Positions 31,442 to 40,471 are shown, numbered from the stretch's first letter. The stretch is DNA of 64,000 bases from Patescibacteria group bacterium (GCA_041660565.1 JBAZWC010000002.1:287484-351483); one strand, 5' to 3'. Numbers and translations are program-made. The notes: a model not told the origin generated them from the sequence alone.

Positions 31442-32923
31442 ATGATTAAGTTATCAATCAATCCCGGGAGAATGACGTTAATTGAGAGGCTGGGGTCGGT
31501 TTGGCGTCGGCTAATCCGATTACCAAAAGTGCTTCGGCCAAAAGAAAAACGGGCGATTTTATTCTTAGCTCTAGTGATGCTTGGTGCGTTGCTGTGGAAC
31601 TTAATCAGTAGTCACGGTTCTAACCCGGCCTTTGGTGGTACTTATGTGGAAGGGTTTGTGGGAGAGGCAAAATATATCAATCCGGTGCTGGCCAGCTCAG
31701 ATGCTGACACCAGTATGGTTAAACTTATTTATTCCGGATTAACCAGAATCGATGAAAATGGTGATATCCAGCCAGATTTGGCCTCGTCTTGGGAGATAAC
31801 CGATGGCGGCAAGACTTACATTTTCCATTTGCGCAATGACGTAGAGTGGCATGATGGGTCGCCGTTCACTGCCAAAGACGTGGTATATACTATCGGGTTG
31901 ATCCAAGACCCGGCAGTCCAAAGTTGGCATTTCGACGCGTGGAACAACATTTCTGCAAGCGCGCCCGATGACTACACGGTAAAGTTTAGCTTGCCCGAGG
32001 TTACATCTACCTTCATTTGGAACACCACTATTGGTATAATGCCAGCAAAAATTGGCAGCTCCGATATTAATCAAAGTTTTGTGGGCACCGGGCCGTATAA
32101 ATATTCTAAGGTAAGAGTTAAAAACAATAAGATCGAATCCATCGTGTTAGTCCGGAATACCCATATCTATCATGTTTCGGCGCCGTACATCGATGCAGTC
32201 GAAATTTGGCTTTTCCCATCATTAGCTGAAGCAAAATCTGCTTTGCAAGATCAGAAGATACAGGCGTTGGCCAAGCCGGAAGTAAATGATAGCCGTGCCA
32301 ATAGTTATCAGCTAATTTTGAATCAAAAAATCACTTTGTTCATTAACAGCCAGAGCGCTTTGTTATCCGACCTAAATGTGCGGCAGCAGCTGCTAAGTGG
32401 TACGGTTACAGCAAGCATTACCAAGCCGCTTGTGGTGGTGGTTGACACTGCACACGCTAATGATTCGGTAATAACCGAAACCATCAAGCAGTGGGAAAAA
32501 GAGGGGATCACAATTACGTCGCAAAACTTGTCACTAACCGCTATCAAAGCGTCCATATTACCATCGCGAAAATATGATGTGCTTATTTTGGCGGTTGAAG
32601 ACGGCCCGCAGTTTGATTATTATGCTTATTGGCATTCGTCGCAAATGAGTGGGCTCGGGTTAAACTTTTCGAGCGTGAAAAATAATGATCTGGACAAATT
32701 ATTGTCAGATCAGCGCAAGGCACTAACCATTGCCGATCGCAGTACCTTAACTGACCAGATTGAAAAGATGCTAGATGGTTTGGCAGTGCGAAAAGTGTTG
32801 TCTCAGGCAAAATTTGAATACGCAATCAGCAAAAATGTGCATGTTGTGCCGACAAAGGTTGGTAACAGTGGAGCCGATCGTTTCAATAGTTTTGAGAAAT
32901 GGTACATTAAAACCAGGCGGTAA
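31442..32923 (+). CDS. Family 5 ABC solute-binding protein (OppA-like)
   Basis: INPVLA, IYSGL, PDLASSW, WHDGSPFTAKDVVYT, GTGPY. Confidence 0.88.
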   Translation: MIKLSINPGRMTLIERLGSVWRRLIRLPKVLRPKEKRAILFLALVMLGALLWNLISSHGSNPAFGGTYVEGFVGEAKYINPVLASSDADTSMVKLIYSGLTRIDENGDIQPDLASSWEITDGGKTYIFHLRNDVEWHDGSPFTAKDVVYTIGLIQDPAVQSWHFDAWNNISASAPDDYTVKFSLPEVTSTFIWNTTIGIMPAKIGSSDINQSFVGTGPYKYSKVRVKNNKIESIVLVRNTHIYHVSAPYIDAVEIWLFPSLAEAKSALQDQKIQALAKPEVNDSRANSYQLILNQKITLFINSQSALLSDLNVRQQLLSGTVTASITKPLVVVVDTAHANDSVITETIKQWEKEGITITSQNLSLTAIKASILPSRKYDVLILAVEDGPQFDYYAYWHSSQMSGLGLNFSSVKNNDLDKLLSDQRKALTIADRSTLTDQIEKMLDGLAVRKVLSQAKFEYAISKNVHVVPTKVGNSGADRFNSFEKWYIKTRR

Positions 32924-33013
32924 ACCGCCAATTTTCTATTTTTATTTTAAAATTTTAAAACATTTGGAAATTCATTTAAAATTTATAATTTATACTTTAA
33001 AATTTAAGTGCTT

Positions 33014-33099
33014 GGGGATGTGGTGAAATGGCAGACACGCAGCGTTCAGGTCGCTGTGAGCGCAAGCTCGTGGAGGTTCAACTCCTCTCATCCCCACCA
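33014..33099 (+). tRNA. tRNA-Leu(CAG)
   Basis: ggggatg/catcccc; cagcg-ttcaggt-cgctg; long variable arm; ACCA. Confidence 0.95.
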
Positions 33100-33238
33100 T
33101 TCGACTCTCCGCCGGTCGGCGGATCGCTCACGTTCGACACCGCTACGCGGTGCTCAGGGCCTGAGTGTAATCGAAGGCATGGTCTACGACCCTGAGCTGA
33201 AGAAGTAAGGCGAATGCCCTGAGAATTGTAGAGGGGCT
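33100..33238. repeat. Nested palindromic elements at the tRNA 3' end (ttcgac..gctca / ctgag..cgaagg type)
   Basis: Two ttcgac...gctca arms and three cctgag arms directly after the CCA. Confidence 0.6.
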
Positions 33239-33316
33239 TTTTTGTTGTCAAAATATCGACAAAACATAAATAATATGATAATATAATGCCAACTCGCGCG
33301 AAAGGGGGACGGATGA

Positions 33317-33850
33317 ATGCGCGTTTTGGTGGTACCAAGCAGTGGCATGGTCCCGGTTGATCAGCTTGGACCAGACACGCTGATGCGCTGCGAAAAAGCG
33401 CTTGAGCTGTGGCGGACGGGACAGTTTGGCTGCCTGGTGGTTACCGGCGGTCGGTGTCACCCGTCATACGTGGAGACACGGTCGGCTGCGGAATCGATGC
33501 AAGTGTGGTTCGATTTCGGCCGAGTTCCGCTGTCATGCATTCTGGTAGAGCCGGAGGCCAAGGACACCTTCGGAAACGCGATCAGCACCGTGGCGGGGCT
33601 TCAGCATTGGGGGATCGACACAGACAACATCACAGTGGTCAGTCACTGGTTGCACTGTGTTCGGCTCCGGATCACCTTCCGACTAGCCTGTAGGGTTCGG
33701 GTCAAGACGGTGCCGCTTTACTACCCAATCGGGTGGAAGGGCGCGTTTGCCGAGGTCGCGATGATCTGCTACCACGTGCTTGATCGGAAAGGGAATGGCT
33801 GGATTGCCCGGCGCAACCGCGCCAAGCGAACATTCTCGAAACCATCCTGA
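33317..33850 (+). CDS. YdcF/DUF218 (SanA/ElyC-like) family protein (GC-rich islet 4)
   Basis: R...AL.L, LVVTGG, AESM, ILVEPEAKDTFGNA, VVSHWLH..R. Confidence 0.8.
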   Translation: MRVLVVPSSGMVPVDQLGPDTLMRCEKALELWRTGQFGCLVVTGGRCHPSYVETRSAAESMQVWFDFGRVPLSCILVEPEAKDTFGNAISTVAGLQHWGIDTDNITVVSHWLHCVRLRITFRLACRVRVKTVPLYYPIGWKGAFAEVAMICYHVLDRKGNGWIARRNRAKRTFSKPS

Positions 33851-33868
33851 TGTAGAATGGAGGAGTCG

Positions 33869-34318
33869 ATGTGCGACAAGTACGTATATCTCGCAGGGCC
33901 GATTGCGGGGCAGACTTACGACCAGAGCAACGACTGGCGTATCAATACCGGTGACCGGCTCAGAGAACTTGGGATGGTTCCGCTTTCACCGATGCGAGGG
34001 AAAGACCCGCAAGCGTTTGTTCCGGGGTTTGACCGTGAATCCACGCCGCTGACCTCCGCCCGTGGCATCAAGGCTCGTGATAAGTATGATGTGCACCGAT
34101 CATCGGCAGTCCTGGCCAACTTCCTTGGGGCCACGGACAAGTCTATCGGCACAGCGTGCGAATTCAGTTGGGCTGATGACGCCGGGGTGCCGGTCATCGC
34201 TGTCATGGAGCCATCGGGTAATCCGAATGATCACCCGTTCATTCGAGAAACCGCGTTCTGCGTGGTCACAACTCTTGGTGAGGCGATCGAGGTTCTCAGA
34301 TGGATCGTGCTTCCATGA
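33869..34318 (+). CDS. Nucleoside 2-deoxyribosyltransferase-like protein (GC-rich islet 4)
   Basis: VYLAGPI, WR, LSP, RD..DV..S..VL, SIGTACE.SWA....PVI; GGAGG SD. Confidence 0.8.
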   Translation: MCDKYVYLAGPIAGQTYDQSNDWRINTGDRLRELGMVPLSPMRGKDPQAFVPGFDRESTPLTSARGIKARDKYDVHRSSAVLANFLGATDKSIGTACEFSWADDAGVPVIAVMEPSGNPNDHPFIRETAFCVVTTLGEAIEVLRWIVLP

Positions 34319-34333
34319 CAACGAACCGTCACT

Positions 34334-34366
34334 GCCGGGGCTTAACCGCCCCGGCTATTATTTTTC
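34334..34366 (+). terminator. Intrinsic terminator of islet 4
   Basis: gccggggc-ttaacc-gccccggc followed by a T tract. Confidence 0.8.
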
Positions 34367-34435
34367 GTTGACTTTTGGTGCTGAATCACGTAATATAAAA
34401 GATAGCCGAGATGGATGGCCAGTTTTTTGTTATTT

Positions 34436-34521
34436 GGGATCGTGGTGGAATTGGCATACACAACAGGTTGAGGGCCTGTGGGAGAAATCCCGTGAGGGTT
34501 CAAGTCCCTCCGATCCCACCA
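34436..34521 (+). tRNA. tRNA-Leu(GAG)
   Basis: gggatcg/cgatccc; acagg-ttgaggg-cctgt; ACCA. Confidence 0.95.
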
Positions 34522-34629
34522 TTCAGAGGATAGAAAATGGAGGATAGAGGATGGACTGTTTTCCTAACATTACAATAGGATCGAAATAAACAATCTATTT
34601 TCCACCTTCAATCATCCATTCTCCGATCT

Positions 34630-34706
34630 GGAATCTTAGCTCAGTTGGTTAGAGCGCCTCGTTTACACCGAGGAGGTCAGTGGTCCGAGTCCACTAGGTT
34701 CCACCA
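34630..34706 (+). tRNA. tRNA-Val(TAC)
   Basis: cctcg-tttacac-cgagg; T loop TCCGAGT; ACCA. Confidence 0.94.
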
Positions 34707-34730
34707 TTCGACTTTTCGACCAAATTATTT

Positions 34731-34805
34731 GCCCAGATAGCTCAGTGGTAGAGCGCTGCCCTGAAGAGGCAGGCGTGGTCAGTCCGATTCTGACTCTGGG
34801 CACCA
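34731..34805 (+). tRNA. tRNA-Phe(GAA)
   Basis: gcccaga/tctgggc; ctgcc-ctgaaga-ggcag; T loop TCCGATT; ACCA. Confidence 0.94.
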
Positions 34806-34950
34806 ACCTTCGCCATCGCGTACGCTCGGACTATGGTTGGCAAGCCAATCAGTTTACTCTAAAGATTAGGTAATAATTGCGAAGGTTGCCGTCCGAAGTC
34901 GTTATGGAATAACGCGAAGGATGGCTAGGCAAATATAATGGAGTACGTTA

Positions 34951-35334
34951 ATGTCCACATTTTTCCCGCCAATAGATGGTACGAGTGCGCAATATGGCAC
35001 CATTTGGATCGTATTACTTCTTGCAACCGCGCTTTTAATTGGGCTATGGTGGTTCATGCACAAAGCAGTGATGCGAACATCAATATTACGTTATCTATCT
35101 ACAGTAGTGGTAATGGGGTTCATTGTTTACTGGTTTAGGTTCGAAAACGTAATGTACTTTACCGCAGATTGGATTATCTGGTTGTGGGTTGCGGTGGTGG
35201 CAATTGGCTTGCTCTGGTTGTTGTCGATCCGCCTGATAAAAGTGCCCAAAGTTAAAGCTAAACAATCAGTAGTAGATACCAAAACAAAATACCTTCCGAA
35301 ATCAAAAAATACAAAGCCAAGGATTAAAAAATAA
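34951..35334 (+). CDS. Hypothetical membrane protein
   Basis: GGAG SD; 3 TM helices; KYLPK basic tail. Confidence 0.75.
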   Translation: MSTFFPPIDGTSAQYGTIWIVLLLATALLIGLWWFMHKAVMRTSILRYLSTVVVMGFIVYWFRFENVMYFTADWIIWLWVAVVAIGLLWLLSIRLIKVPKVKAKQSVVDTKTKYLPKSKNTKPRIKK

Positions 35335-35343
35335 ATCAGTAAA

Positions 35344-35466
35344 TGTCATTTCGACCCTCGGAGAGCGTCAGCTCGACGGTGTTGGAGAAATCTTAAAAAG
35401 AATCCCTTCCAGTCTTTCTTGAGATCTCTCCAACCTCTCGACAAAGCTCGAGGGGTCGAGATGACA
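35344..35466. repeat. Family B palindromic element
   Basis: tgtcatttcgac...gtcgagatgaca. Confidence 0.88.
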
Positions 35467-35524
35467 ATTATCGGATCATAAAAATTATAAACAAAAATCA
35501 AACAAGAAATAGTTTAGGAGAACA

Positions 35525-36760
35525 ATGGTCAATAAGCCGAATACAGAAGAGACGATGGAAGAGCTAGTTACCGAGGCTGGTGAGAACCTGGTCCCATTTA
35601 AAGTTGGCAGCGTAGCCGACGTAGTTGTAACTGCAGTTACTAAAAACAGCATTTGGGTAGATGTTGCGGGCGTGGCGGTTGGAATAATTCCAGACCGTGA
35701 GTTTTCGTTTGGTACGGGGGATCTAAAAGTGGGCGATCATGTTGTGGCGTATGTTTTGTCTCAAGAAGACAAAGAGGGTCATGTAGTCTTAAGCTTGCGC
35801 AAAGCAGACAGAGAGCGCTTGTGGGTTACCTTAAAAGATAAATTCGAAAGCGGTGAAGTACTTCAAGCTAAAGTAGCCGAAGCAAACAAGGGTGGTTTGA
35901 TGGTAGAAATTGGCGGCGTGGTTGGTTTCTTGCCGATATCGCAGCTTGCGTCAAACCATTATCCTAGAGCAACTCAAGGGAATCGAGACGAGGTTTCAAC
36001 CAAACTTAATGAATTAATTGGCGAAACCATGAACGTCAAAATTATTAACTTTGATAAAATTACCAATAAATTAATCTTTTCTGAGCGCGCCGCCGGAGAT
36101 ACCGTTGCAGAAGAAAAGCTAAGCAAAATTAAAATTGGCGAGATCTTAAAAGGTAAAATTACCGGTATCGTAGATTTTGGTTTGTTTGTTAGTATTGGTG
36201 ATGATTTAGAGGGCTTGGTACACATCTCCGAAATTTCGTGGAAAAGGGTTAGTGATTTACGCACCATGTTTAACATTGGTGATGAAATCAACGTCTCCGT
36301 GACTGGCATAACCGACGGAAAAGTGTCGTTGTCAATGAAGCGATTGCTAGAAGACCCATGGGTAGAAGCAGCTAGTAAGTTTAAAGTAGGTGATATTGTA
36401 TCTGGCGTGGTTACAGGTGCTACCCGATTTGGCGTTTTTGTCCGCTTGAACGATACTGTTGATGGCCTGGTACACAAATCTGAGTTGACCGATGAAAATG
36501 TAGAAGATCCATCAACCATATTACCAATTGGTCACAAAGATCAGTTTAGAGTAATTAGCATCGATTCTCCGGCTCATCGCTTAAGTTTAAGCTGGAAGGG
36601 TCTAAAAGCCGAAGCAGACAAGCAAGCTGCCAAAACGGCCAAGAAATTACCGGAAAAAGCCGAAGTTCAAGAGGAAGTTAAAGAAGAAGTCAAAAAGGAA
36701 TCACCTAAAAAAGCACCTGCCAAAAAGCCGGCTGCCAAAAAAACCTCCAAAAAAGAATAA
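35525..36760 (+). CDS. rpsA: 30S ribosomal protein S1 (four S1 domains)
   Basis: GFLPISQ, EGLVHISEISW, DGLVHKSE repeats. Confidence 0.93.
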   Translation: MVNKPNTEETMEELVTEAGENLVPFKVGSVADVVVTAVTKNSIWVDVAGVAVGIIPDREFSFGTGDLKVGDHVVAYVLSQEDKEGHVVLSLRKADRERLWVTLKDKFESGEVLQAKVAEANKGGLMVEIGGVVGFLPISQLASNHYPRATQGNRDEVSTKLNELIGETMNVKIINFDKITNKLIFSERAAGDTVAEEKLSKIKIGEILKGKITGIVDFGLFVSIGDDLEGLVHISEISWKRVSDLRTMFNIGDEINVSVTGITDGKVSLSMKRLLEDPWVEAASKFKVGDIVSGVVTGATRFGVFVRLNDTVDGLVHKSELTDENVEDPSTILPIGHKDQFRVISIDSPAHRLSLSWKGLKAEADKQAAKTAKKLPEKAEVQEEVKEEVKKESPKKAPAKKPAAKKTSKKE

Positions 36761-36769
36761 AGAGGTAAT

Positions 36770-37258
36770 ATGATTATTACGCGCAATTCTGAACATGCTT
36801 TAGAGTTTAAGACCAAAGAAGCGGCGATTAAAGTAAACACAGACGTGGTTATTAACGATGTAAAGATAGCTGGCCCGGGTGAATACGATGTGGCAAAGGT
36901 TTCGGTGATTGGGTTTCCTACAAAAACGCAGACGGTTTACCTGTTGGCTGTGGACGATGTTACAGTGTGCTATTTTTCCGTCAAACCGGAAAAATTGGCC
37001 ACCGATGTAATTGAAAAGATGGGTAATGTTGAGATGCTTGTGGTTACGCTTTGTGCAGACACAACTCCAGAGGAAGTGGTTAACTTAATTAACGCGCTTG
37101 AGCCGAACGTAGTGATGCCAATTGGTGATAAAGGTGCGGTGGAAAAATTAATGCAGACATCTGGGGCAGATAACACCGAGATTGATTCTTATAAAATTAC
37201 CAAATCCACCTTACCGGCTGACGACCGACAAATGATCGTACTCAAGTCGGGTAGATAA
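36770..37258 (+). CDS. Degenerate metallo-beta-lactamase-fold protein
   Basis: IAGPGEYDV and LEPNVVMP patterns of the CPR MBL-fold family; no HxHxDH motif. Confidence 0.55.
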   Translation: MIITRNSEHALEFKTKEAAIKVNTDVVINDVKIAGPGEYDVAKVSVIGFPTKTQTVYLLAVDDVTVCYFSVKPEKLATDVIEKMGNVEMLVVTLCADTTPEEVVNLINALEPNVVMPIGDKGAVEKLMQTSGADNTEIDSYKITKSTLPADDRQMIVLKSGR

Positions 37259-37279
37259 TAGAGGATGGAATATGGATCC

Positions 37280-37305
37280 GTAGGGGTGGACTCATATGTC
37301 CGCCC
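37280..37305. repeat. GTAG-type REP (family E)
   Basis: gtaggggtggactcatatgtccgccc. Confidence 0.8.
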
Positions 37306-37322
37306 GTTTGTGGAGAGGCCTG

Positions 37323-38291
37323 ATGTTCAGCCCCGATCTAAGTAAATCTCTAAAAGACATTATCGCAAATTCACCTCGAGTTTTGCTGATTTGTCATGAA
37401 AAACCGGATGGTGACGCGATCTCGTCATTACTAGCAACTCGGTTAATGTTATTTGGCCTGAATTGTTTGGACGTGCAAATGGTCAGTATAGATGGCGTGC
37501 CAAAGGCGTTTGAGTTTTTACCTGATTCAAATTTGATAAAATCCGATTTTTTACGAGGTGATTTTGAAGTCATTATTACTTTGGACTGTGGCGACTTTAA
37601 ACGCACCGGATACTCTGATCGCATAGCTAAGATGATCGAAAAGGGCACCAAATTAATTAACATAGATCATCACCCTAAAAACGATATTTTTCGGATTGCA
37701 CACCTAAATTTAAGCGATACAACATGCGCCTCAACCACGCAAATAATCTATCAACTTTGCCAGTTTTTTCATCTCAAATTAGATGTCAAATTAGCAACTT
37801 TGTTATTTGTTGGGCTTTACACCGACACGGGTGGTTTTCAGCACATCGTAACGTCGCCGGAAGTGATGCGTATGGCGGCCGAGCTGGTCTCTAGCGGCGC
37901 GCAAACCAGGCTGATCAGCCAATACCTAACCGGCACCAAATCTTCGGCGCAATTAAAGTTGTGGGGGCGAGTGATTAGCCGAGCACGAGTAAGTAAGGAT
38001 GGGGTAGTGGTTGCGGGGGTAACTCAATCAGATTTGAAAGCAGTTGGCGCTAACGAGGAGGACGTAGCGGGGCTGTTAACGATGCTAGAGACCCTAGACC
38101 AGTGTAAAATGGCGATATTGTTATGTGAAACCGCGGATGGTGTGATTAAAGGTAGTTTGCGCTCTAACAACAGCCAAATTGATGTTTCTAAAATTGCCAG
38201 ATATTTTGGGGGCGGTGGGCACGTTAAGGCGGCCGGATTCACTCTTCCAGGGAAACTGGTTATAGACAAGCACAGCGTAAGCGTGGTATAA
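37323..38291 (+). CDS. DHH/DHHA1 phosphoesterase (NrnA-like)
   Basis: HEKPDGDA, NIDHH, TDTGGF, SLRS, GGGGHVKAAG. Confidence 0.93.
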   Translation: MFSPDLSKSLKDIIANSPRVLLICHEKPDGDAISSLLATRLMLFGLNCLDVQMVSIDGVPKAFEFLPDSNLIKSDFLRGDFEVIITLDCGDFKRTGYSDRIAKMIEKGTKLINIDHHPKNDIFRIAHLNLSDTTCASTTQIIYQLCQFFHLKLDVKLATLLFVGLYTDTGGFQHIVTSPEVMRMAAELVSSGAQTRLISQYLTGTKSSAQLKLWGRVISRARVSKDGVVVAGVTQSDLKAVGANEEDVAGLLTMLETLDQCKMAILLCETADGVIKGSLRSNNSQIDVSKIARYFGGGGHVKAAGFTLPGKLVIDKHSVSVV

Positions 38292-38348
38292 TAAGACAAA
38301 ATTCTAAATTTTAAATTTTTAATTTTAAAATAATTGGAATTTGTTTTT

Positions 38349-38372
38349 GCCCAGGTGGTGGAATGGCATACA
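38349..38372 (+). pseudogene. Orphaned 5' fragment of tRNA-Leu(TAA)
   Basis: gcccaggtggtggaatggcataca; its first 7 nt pair perfectly with the 3' acceptor strand (cctgggc) of the tRNA at 38896. Confidence 0.85.
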
Positions 38373-38385
38373 ATAATAACGATCA

Positions 38386-38414
38386 TTGCAAACACCTCTG
38401 CCATATGCCATAAT
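38386..38414 (+). promoter_or_regulatory. Sigma70-type promoter of the HNH gene (leaderless)
   Basis: TTGCAA-17 nt-CATAAT with TG extension; ATG 6 nt downstream. Confidence 0.7.
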
Positions 38415-38420
38415 TGATTT

Positions 38421-38888
38421 ATGAAAGATAAATCGTGGACAGAAGCACAATTAAGGTCAGCCGCCCAAGAATCTCGAAGTATCCGTCAGATTTTACAGAG
38501 ACTTGGATTAGCAGAGGCGGGCGGAAATTACGCTCAGATTAAAAAATATTTGCACATTTACAATATCAATATGGAAAATATTAAAGGTAAATCTTGGTGC
38601 AAAGGGTTGAATGTCGAAGGACATCCAAGAGTGCAGTTAGATCAATTATTGGTAGAAAACAGTAGTTTCCAAAGTTACAAGCTAAAAAATCGACTTTTCA
38701 ATTCGGGGTTAAAGCCCAGAAAATGTGAAGAATGTGGGTGGTCAAAAATAACGCCAAGCGGTCATTTGCCTTTAGAAATACATCATATCAATGGGGATCG
38801 GTCTGATAACAGAATAAATAATTTAGTCATTCTGTGTCCCAACTGTCATAGTCAAAAGCCGAATTATCGTGGTAGGCGAAGAGATTAG
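38421..38888 (+). CDS. HNH endonuclease
   Basis: CEECG...LEIHHINGDRSDNRINNLVILCPNCH; N-terminal helical (HTH-like) region. Confidence 0.93.
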   Translation: MKDKSWTEAQLRSAAQESRSIRQILQRLGLAEAGGNYAQIKKYLHIYNINMENIKGKSWCKGLNVEGHPRVQLDQLLVENSSFQSYKLKNRLFNSGLKPRKCEECGWSKITPSGHLPLEIHHINGDRSDNRINNLVILCPNCHSQKPNYRGRRRD

Positions 38889-38895
38889 TAAATAA

Positions 38896-38980
38896 GCCCG
38901 GGTGGTGAAATTGGCATACACGCGACACTTAAAATGTCGTTTCGAAAGAATTGCGGGTTCGAGTCCCGCCCTGGGCACCA
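38896..38980 (+). tRNA. tRNA-Leu(TAA)
   Basis: gcccggg/cctgggc (one G-U pair); cgaca-cttaaaa-tgtcg; GGTTCGA; ACCA. Confidence 0.95.
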
Positions 38981-38999
38981 AAAATTGCAGCATACCCTC

Positions 39000-39026
39000 G
39001 TCATTCCGGGCTTGACCCGGAATCTA
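39000..39026. repeat. Family G palindrome
   Basis: gtcattccgggcttgacccggaatcta. Confidence 0.8.
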
Positions 39027-39041
39027 TGTAAAAAGAAAAAA

Positions 39042-39386
39042 ATGAATAAATATACCGGCACTATCGTTGAAGAGTCACTAGACGACAATCGGCTTATAAA
39101 TGAATTTAATATCTTAAATACTCGTATTTCCGGGGCAGAAAATCCTGCCGACCGCTGGCACTTATATAAAGTCGATGCAACTAAAGAGCAGCTTGAGGAG
39201 CTATCAAAACATATTAAACCGCAAAAGTGGTATGCTCATTTTTGGTGTGACGACGAGATGATAGTAGTTTTCCGAGATAAAATGTTTGATCAAAAAGTTA
39301 ATGATAAAAATACTTGGGAGCCAGCAATTAGATACGGGCTCTCTCACGGTATCCCAATAAAACAGCTTGATTTTGTTGTTGAGTGA
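39042..39386 (+). CDS. Conserved hypothetical protein
   Basis: GTIVEESL, WYAHFW, YGLSHGIP..QLDF pattern; start moved downstream of the tRNA and repeat. Confidence 0.75.
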   Translation: MNKYTGTIVEESLDDNRLINEFNILNTRISGAENPADRWHLYKVDATKEQLEELSKHIKPQKWYAHFWCDDEMIVVFRDKMFDQKVNDKNTWEPAIRYGLSHGIPIKQLDFVVE

Positions 39387-39393
39387 AAAATAA

Positions 39394-39978
39394 ATGATTG
39401 AAGTTGAGAAGAAGTTTAAATTAAGCGGGCAAGACATTGAACGGCTAACCAGGGATGCCGAGTTTTTGAAAGAGCGGACTTTTACTGACATTTATTTTGA
39501 CGATGAAAAATATTCTCTAACCTCGAACGATAAATGGTTGCGTGCGCGAGATGGCCTTTATGAACTAAAATTGCCAATGCATGCGGGGGTGGATAGAAAA
39601 GCAGACCAGTACGATGAAATTGAAGATGAACAAAAGATTCGCGAAGTGCTAAATATCCCCACCGACCAGAAAATTGACGAAATTTATGCACCATTTTGCA
39701 ATGTCACCACTACGCGCAAAAAATATAAAAAAGATCAATTTATTATTGATTTAGACGATGTCGATTACGGTGATTTTAAGTATTCGCTTGGTGAGATTGA
39801 ACTATTAGTAAATAATCAGTCAGATATTGAAAAAGCAATTGCGGAAATTATGGATTTTGCGAATAAGTATCAATTGTCCGTCGCAATGGTTCGTGGAAAA
39901 GTAATTGAATATCTAAAACAAGTTAAACCGGAACATTATCAAGCTCTAATTAAAGCCAAAGTAGTGAAAGATTTCTGA
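39394..39978 (+). CDS. CYTH domain protein (triphosphate tunnel metalloenzyme)
   Basis: N-terminal EVEKKF, DIYFD, WLRAR, ELK, GEIEL. Confidence 0.9.
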   Translation: MIEVEKKFKLSGQDIERLTRDAEFLKERTFTDIYFDDEKYSLTSNDKWLRARDGLYELKLPMHAGVDRKADQYDEIEDEQKIREVLNIPTDQKIDEIYAPFCNVTTTRKKYKKDQFIIDLDDVDYGDFKYSLGEIELLVNNQSDIEKAIAEIMDFANKYQLSVAMVRGKVIEYLKQVKPEHYQALIKAKVVKDF

Positions 39979-39986
39979 ATAGAGTG

Positions 39987-40010
39987 AATGCCCGTCCGAA
40001 GACGGGCATT
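39987..40010. terminator. Terminator hairpin between convergent genes
   Basis: aatgcccgtc-cgaa-gacgggcatt, a perfect 10-bp stem. Confidence 0.8.
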
Positions 40011-40036
40011 TTGGTGTGGCGGGTAGGCGCACTGGC

Positions 40037-40306
40037 CTACTCAGCGTTCTTGTTGGCAGGTACGATGCCAGAGCCGTCATAAGGCTCGATCTCGATGACG
40101 CCTGCAACGAATGCCTCGTCAGCCTTGGCGACGTTCCTGACAAATGTCCATTCACCGTCCGGGCCTTCGTGGAAACGCCCGATGATCGTACCAGTGTCTC
40201 GAACGCGATGGGGCAGCTTTCGTTCTGGCCCGTGGCCGTCCTGCATTCCAACGAGCGCATCAGTTTCCAACATGGCCGCAATTCCGGACAGACCCTCGTT
40301 CTCCAT
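40037..40306 (-). CDS. Hypothetical protein (GC-rich islet 5)
   Basis: AAAGGAG SD 7 nt before ATG; TATGAT upstream; hairpin downstream. Confidence 0.65.
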   Translation of the reverse strand: MENEGLSGIAAMLETDALVGMQDGHGPERKLPHRVRDTGTIIGRFHEGPDGEWTFVRNVAKADEAFVAGVIEIEPYDGSGIVPANKNAE

Positions 40307-40416
40307 TGCTCGACTCCTTTGGTATCCGAATCGATGAAAAGATCGACAGGAGTGATTGCTTATCCTGCTATGCCGTGATCATATAATTATTTGTCTTGTG
40401 ATTCAAGCTATTTATA

Positions 40417-40443
40417 TAGATTCCGGGTCGAGCCCGGAATGAC
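40417..40443. repeat. Family G palindrome
   Basis: tagattccgggtcgagcccggaatgac. Confidence 0.8.
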
Positions 40444-40471
40444 AGCGGAACGAATATGTTATAATGACGGC

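Larger units (their letters stand above)
38373..38920 (+). mobile_element. Putative minimal HNH homing element inserted in tRNA-Leu(TAA)
   Basis: Bounded by an imperfect direct repeat of the tRNA 5' end; contains only a promoter, the HNH ORF and a replacement tRNA 5' segment. Confidence 0.75.

Noticed and set aside
38349-38980. Group I intron in tRNA-Leu(UAA)
   Set aside because: Known tRNA-Leu(UAA) introns lie in the anticodon. Here the break is in the D-arm, only 48 nt and 7 nt flank the ORF (no room for a ribozyme core), and the downstream tRNA is already complete.
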